A stretch of 32,000 bases of DNA from Trichlorobacter lovleyi SZ. GTDB taxonomy: Bacteria > Desulfobacterota > Desulfuromonadia > Geobacterales > Pseudopelobacteraceae. Under the pieces are notes generated by a model. It was not told the origin of the DNA, made no database searches, and worked only from the letters and a program-made list of their open reading frames with translations. How positions within the stretch are numbered: position 1 is the stretch's first letter; the number at the start of each line of letters is the position of its first letter. Below are positions 31,090 to 32,000 of the stretch, piece after piece. The stretch spans positions 3,630,001 through 3,662,000 of the forward strand of contig NC_010814.1 of the NCBI RefSeq assembly GCF_000020385.1, written 5' to 3'. The position numbers and the translations under genes were made by a program.

Positions 31090-32000
31090 TTACCGCCCTC
31101 GTTTCTCCGGCTTCTCGATCCCGTGTTTATCCAGACGGTACTGCAACGTTTTATAGGAAAGTCCCAGGATCGGCGCGGCCTTGCCGATCACCCAGTCGGC
31201 CCGTTCCATTGCCTTCAGGATCAGCGCCTTTTCCATCTCCTCAAAATTAATCCCCTCCGGCGGCAGTTCAAAGGGAACCATAACCCCCTCGCTCAGACTG
31301 CTGATTTCACTTGGCAGGTCCTCCGGCTGGATGATACTGCCTTCTGCCATCAGGACAGCCCGCTCAATGACCGACTCCAGCTGGCGTACGTTGCCAGGCC
31401 AGGTATAGTTCATCAGCTGTTTGAGTGCCGCCTTGGAGATCCCTTCCACGGCAATGCCGGATGCCTCCCGGTATTTTGCGACAAAGAAGTTTGCCAGGGT
31501 GGCGATATCGCTGCCTCGCTCCCGCAACGGCGGTAGATTGATCCGGATCACGTTCAGCCGGTAGTAGAGATCCTCACGGAAGGTGCCGCGCTTGATCTCC
31601 TGTTCCAGATCCCGGTTGGTAGCTGATATAATCCGCACATCCAGCGGCAGGTTGACCTTGCCTCCCACCCGGCGAATCTCCTTTTCCTGGATAGCCCGCA
31701 ACAGTTTGGCCTGCATGGAGACGTTCATCTCGCCGATTTCATCCAGAAAAACCGTCCCGCCGTTGGCAGCCTCAAGGATACCGATCTCTCGGGCATTGGC
31801 TCCGGTAAAACTGCCTTTTTCATGACCAAACAGTTCACTTTCAATCAGGGTTTCAGGTATGGCCGCACAGTTGATTGCCATAAAGGGGCAATCCTTGCGG
31901 GGCGAACGGTCATGCACCGCCCGTGCAACCAACTCCTTGCCGGTACCCGACTCACCATAGACCAGTACGGTGGATGAGGTGGCGGCAATCTTGGTGACAA
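31090..32000 (-). CDS. Sigma-54-dependent transcriptional activator (NtrC/bEBP family), AAA+ and HTH domains; N-terminus lies beyond the right edge
   Basis: My translation upstream of the track ORF gives [29 protein letters not shown] (Walker A). Then GSFTGA (GAFTGA variant), [12 protein letters not shown] (Walker B), and the C-terminal Fis-type [26 protein letters not shown]. The apparent TTG start at 31932 is internal to the real gene. Confidence 0.9.
   Translation of the reverse strand, partial: VTKIAATSSTVLVYGESGTGKELVARAVHDRSPRKDCPFMAINCAAIPETLIESELFGHEKGSFTGANAREIGILEAANGGTVFLDEIGEMNVSMQAKLLRAIQEKEIRRVGGKVNLPLDVRIISATNRDLEQEIKRGTFREDLYYRLNVIRINLPPLRERGSDIATLANFFVAKYREASGIAVEGISKAALKQLMNYTWPGNVRQLESVIERAVLMAEGSIIQPEDLPSEISSLSEGVMVPFELPPEGINFEEMEKALILKAMERADWVIGKAAPILGLSYKTLQYRLDKHGIEKPEKRGR

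Noticed and set aside
1-32000. CRISPR arrays, tRNA or rRNA genes, prophage or defence-system genes
   Set aside because: I saw no short direct-repeat/spacer periodicity and no cloverleaf-like or rRNA-like non-coding stretch. Non-coding space is under 400 nt in total, and every large ORF has a glycan-biosynthesis, IS or regulator signature.

Overview
About 30 kb of this 32 kb window is one minus-strand, very tightly packed glycan-biosynthesis operon of 26 genes (coordinates 29933 down to 1, running off the left edge). Most gene junctions overlap as ATGA, GTGA or TGATG. A single plus-strand IS3-family insertion sequence (20812..22048) interrupts it. All family assignments come from reading motifs in the translations; I ran no alignments. 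From right to left the operon contains four modules. (1) A nonulosonic-acid core: NeuB-type synthase, GNAT acetyltransferase, xylose-isomerase-like TIM barrel, CBS-fused DegT aminotransferase, B12-binding radical SAM enzyme and CMP-sugar cytidylyltransferase. (2) An acetamidino-forming trio of HisF-like, HisH-like and WbuX/PseA-like amidotransferase, with the amidotransferase split by the IS. (3) A four-enzyme set whose family composition and order match the Campylobacter jejuni Cj1418-Cj1417-Cj1416...Cj1415 pathway, which makes the phosphoramidate donor for O-methyl phosphoramidate. Three uncharacterised genes sit inside this set. (4) Two very large repeat-bearing orphan proteins, a radical SAM-WbsX fusion, a radical SAM/SPASM enzyme, a GT9 glycosyltransferase, two methyltransferases, a TPR plus putative glycosyltransferase protein, a cupin and a second DegT aminotransferase. 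Upstream on the same strand lie a methyltransferase-like gene and the C-terminal two thirds of a sigma-54-dependent activator. The only sizeable intergenic gap (29934..30147) holds a perfect palindrome and a sigma-54-like -24/-12 element. I saw no rRNA, tRNA or CRISPR array. The most interesting hypothesis is that this cluster builds a heavily decorated nonulosonic-acid glycan (phosphoramidate, possibly methylated or formylated, acetamidino route currently knocked out). The repeat-domain transferases suggest it may be attached to a protein, in a context unlike the Campylobacter capsule. The host organism cannot be identified from the sequence alone.
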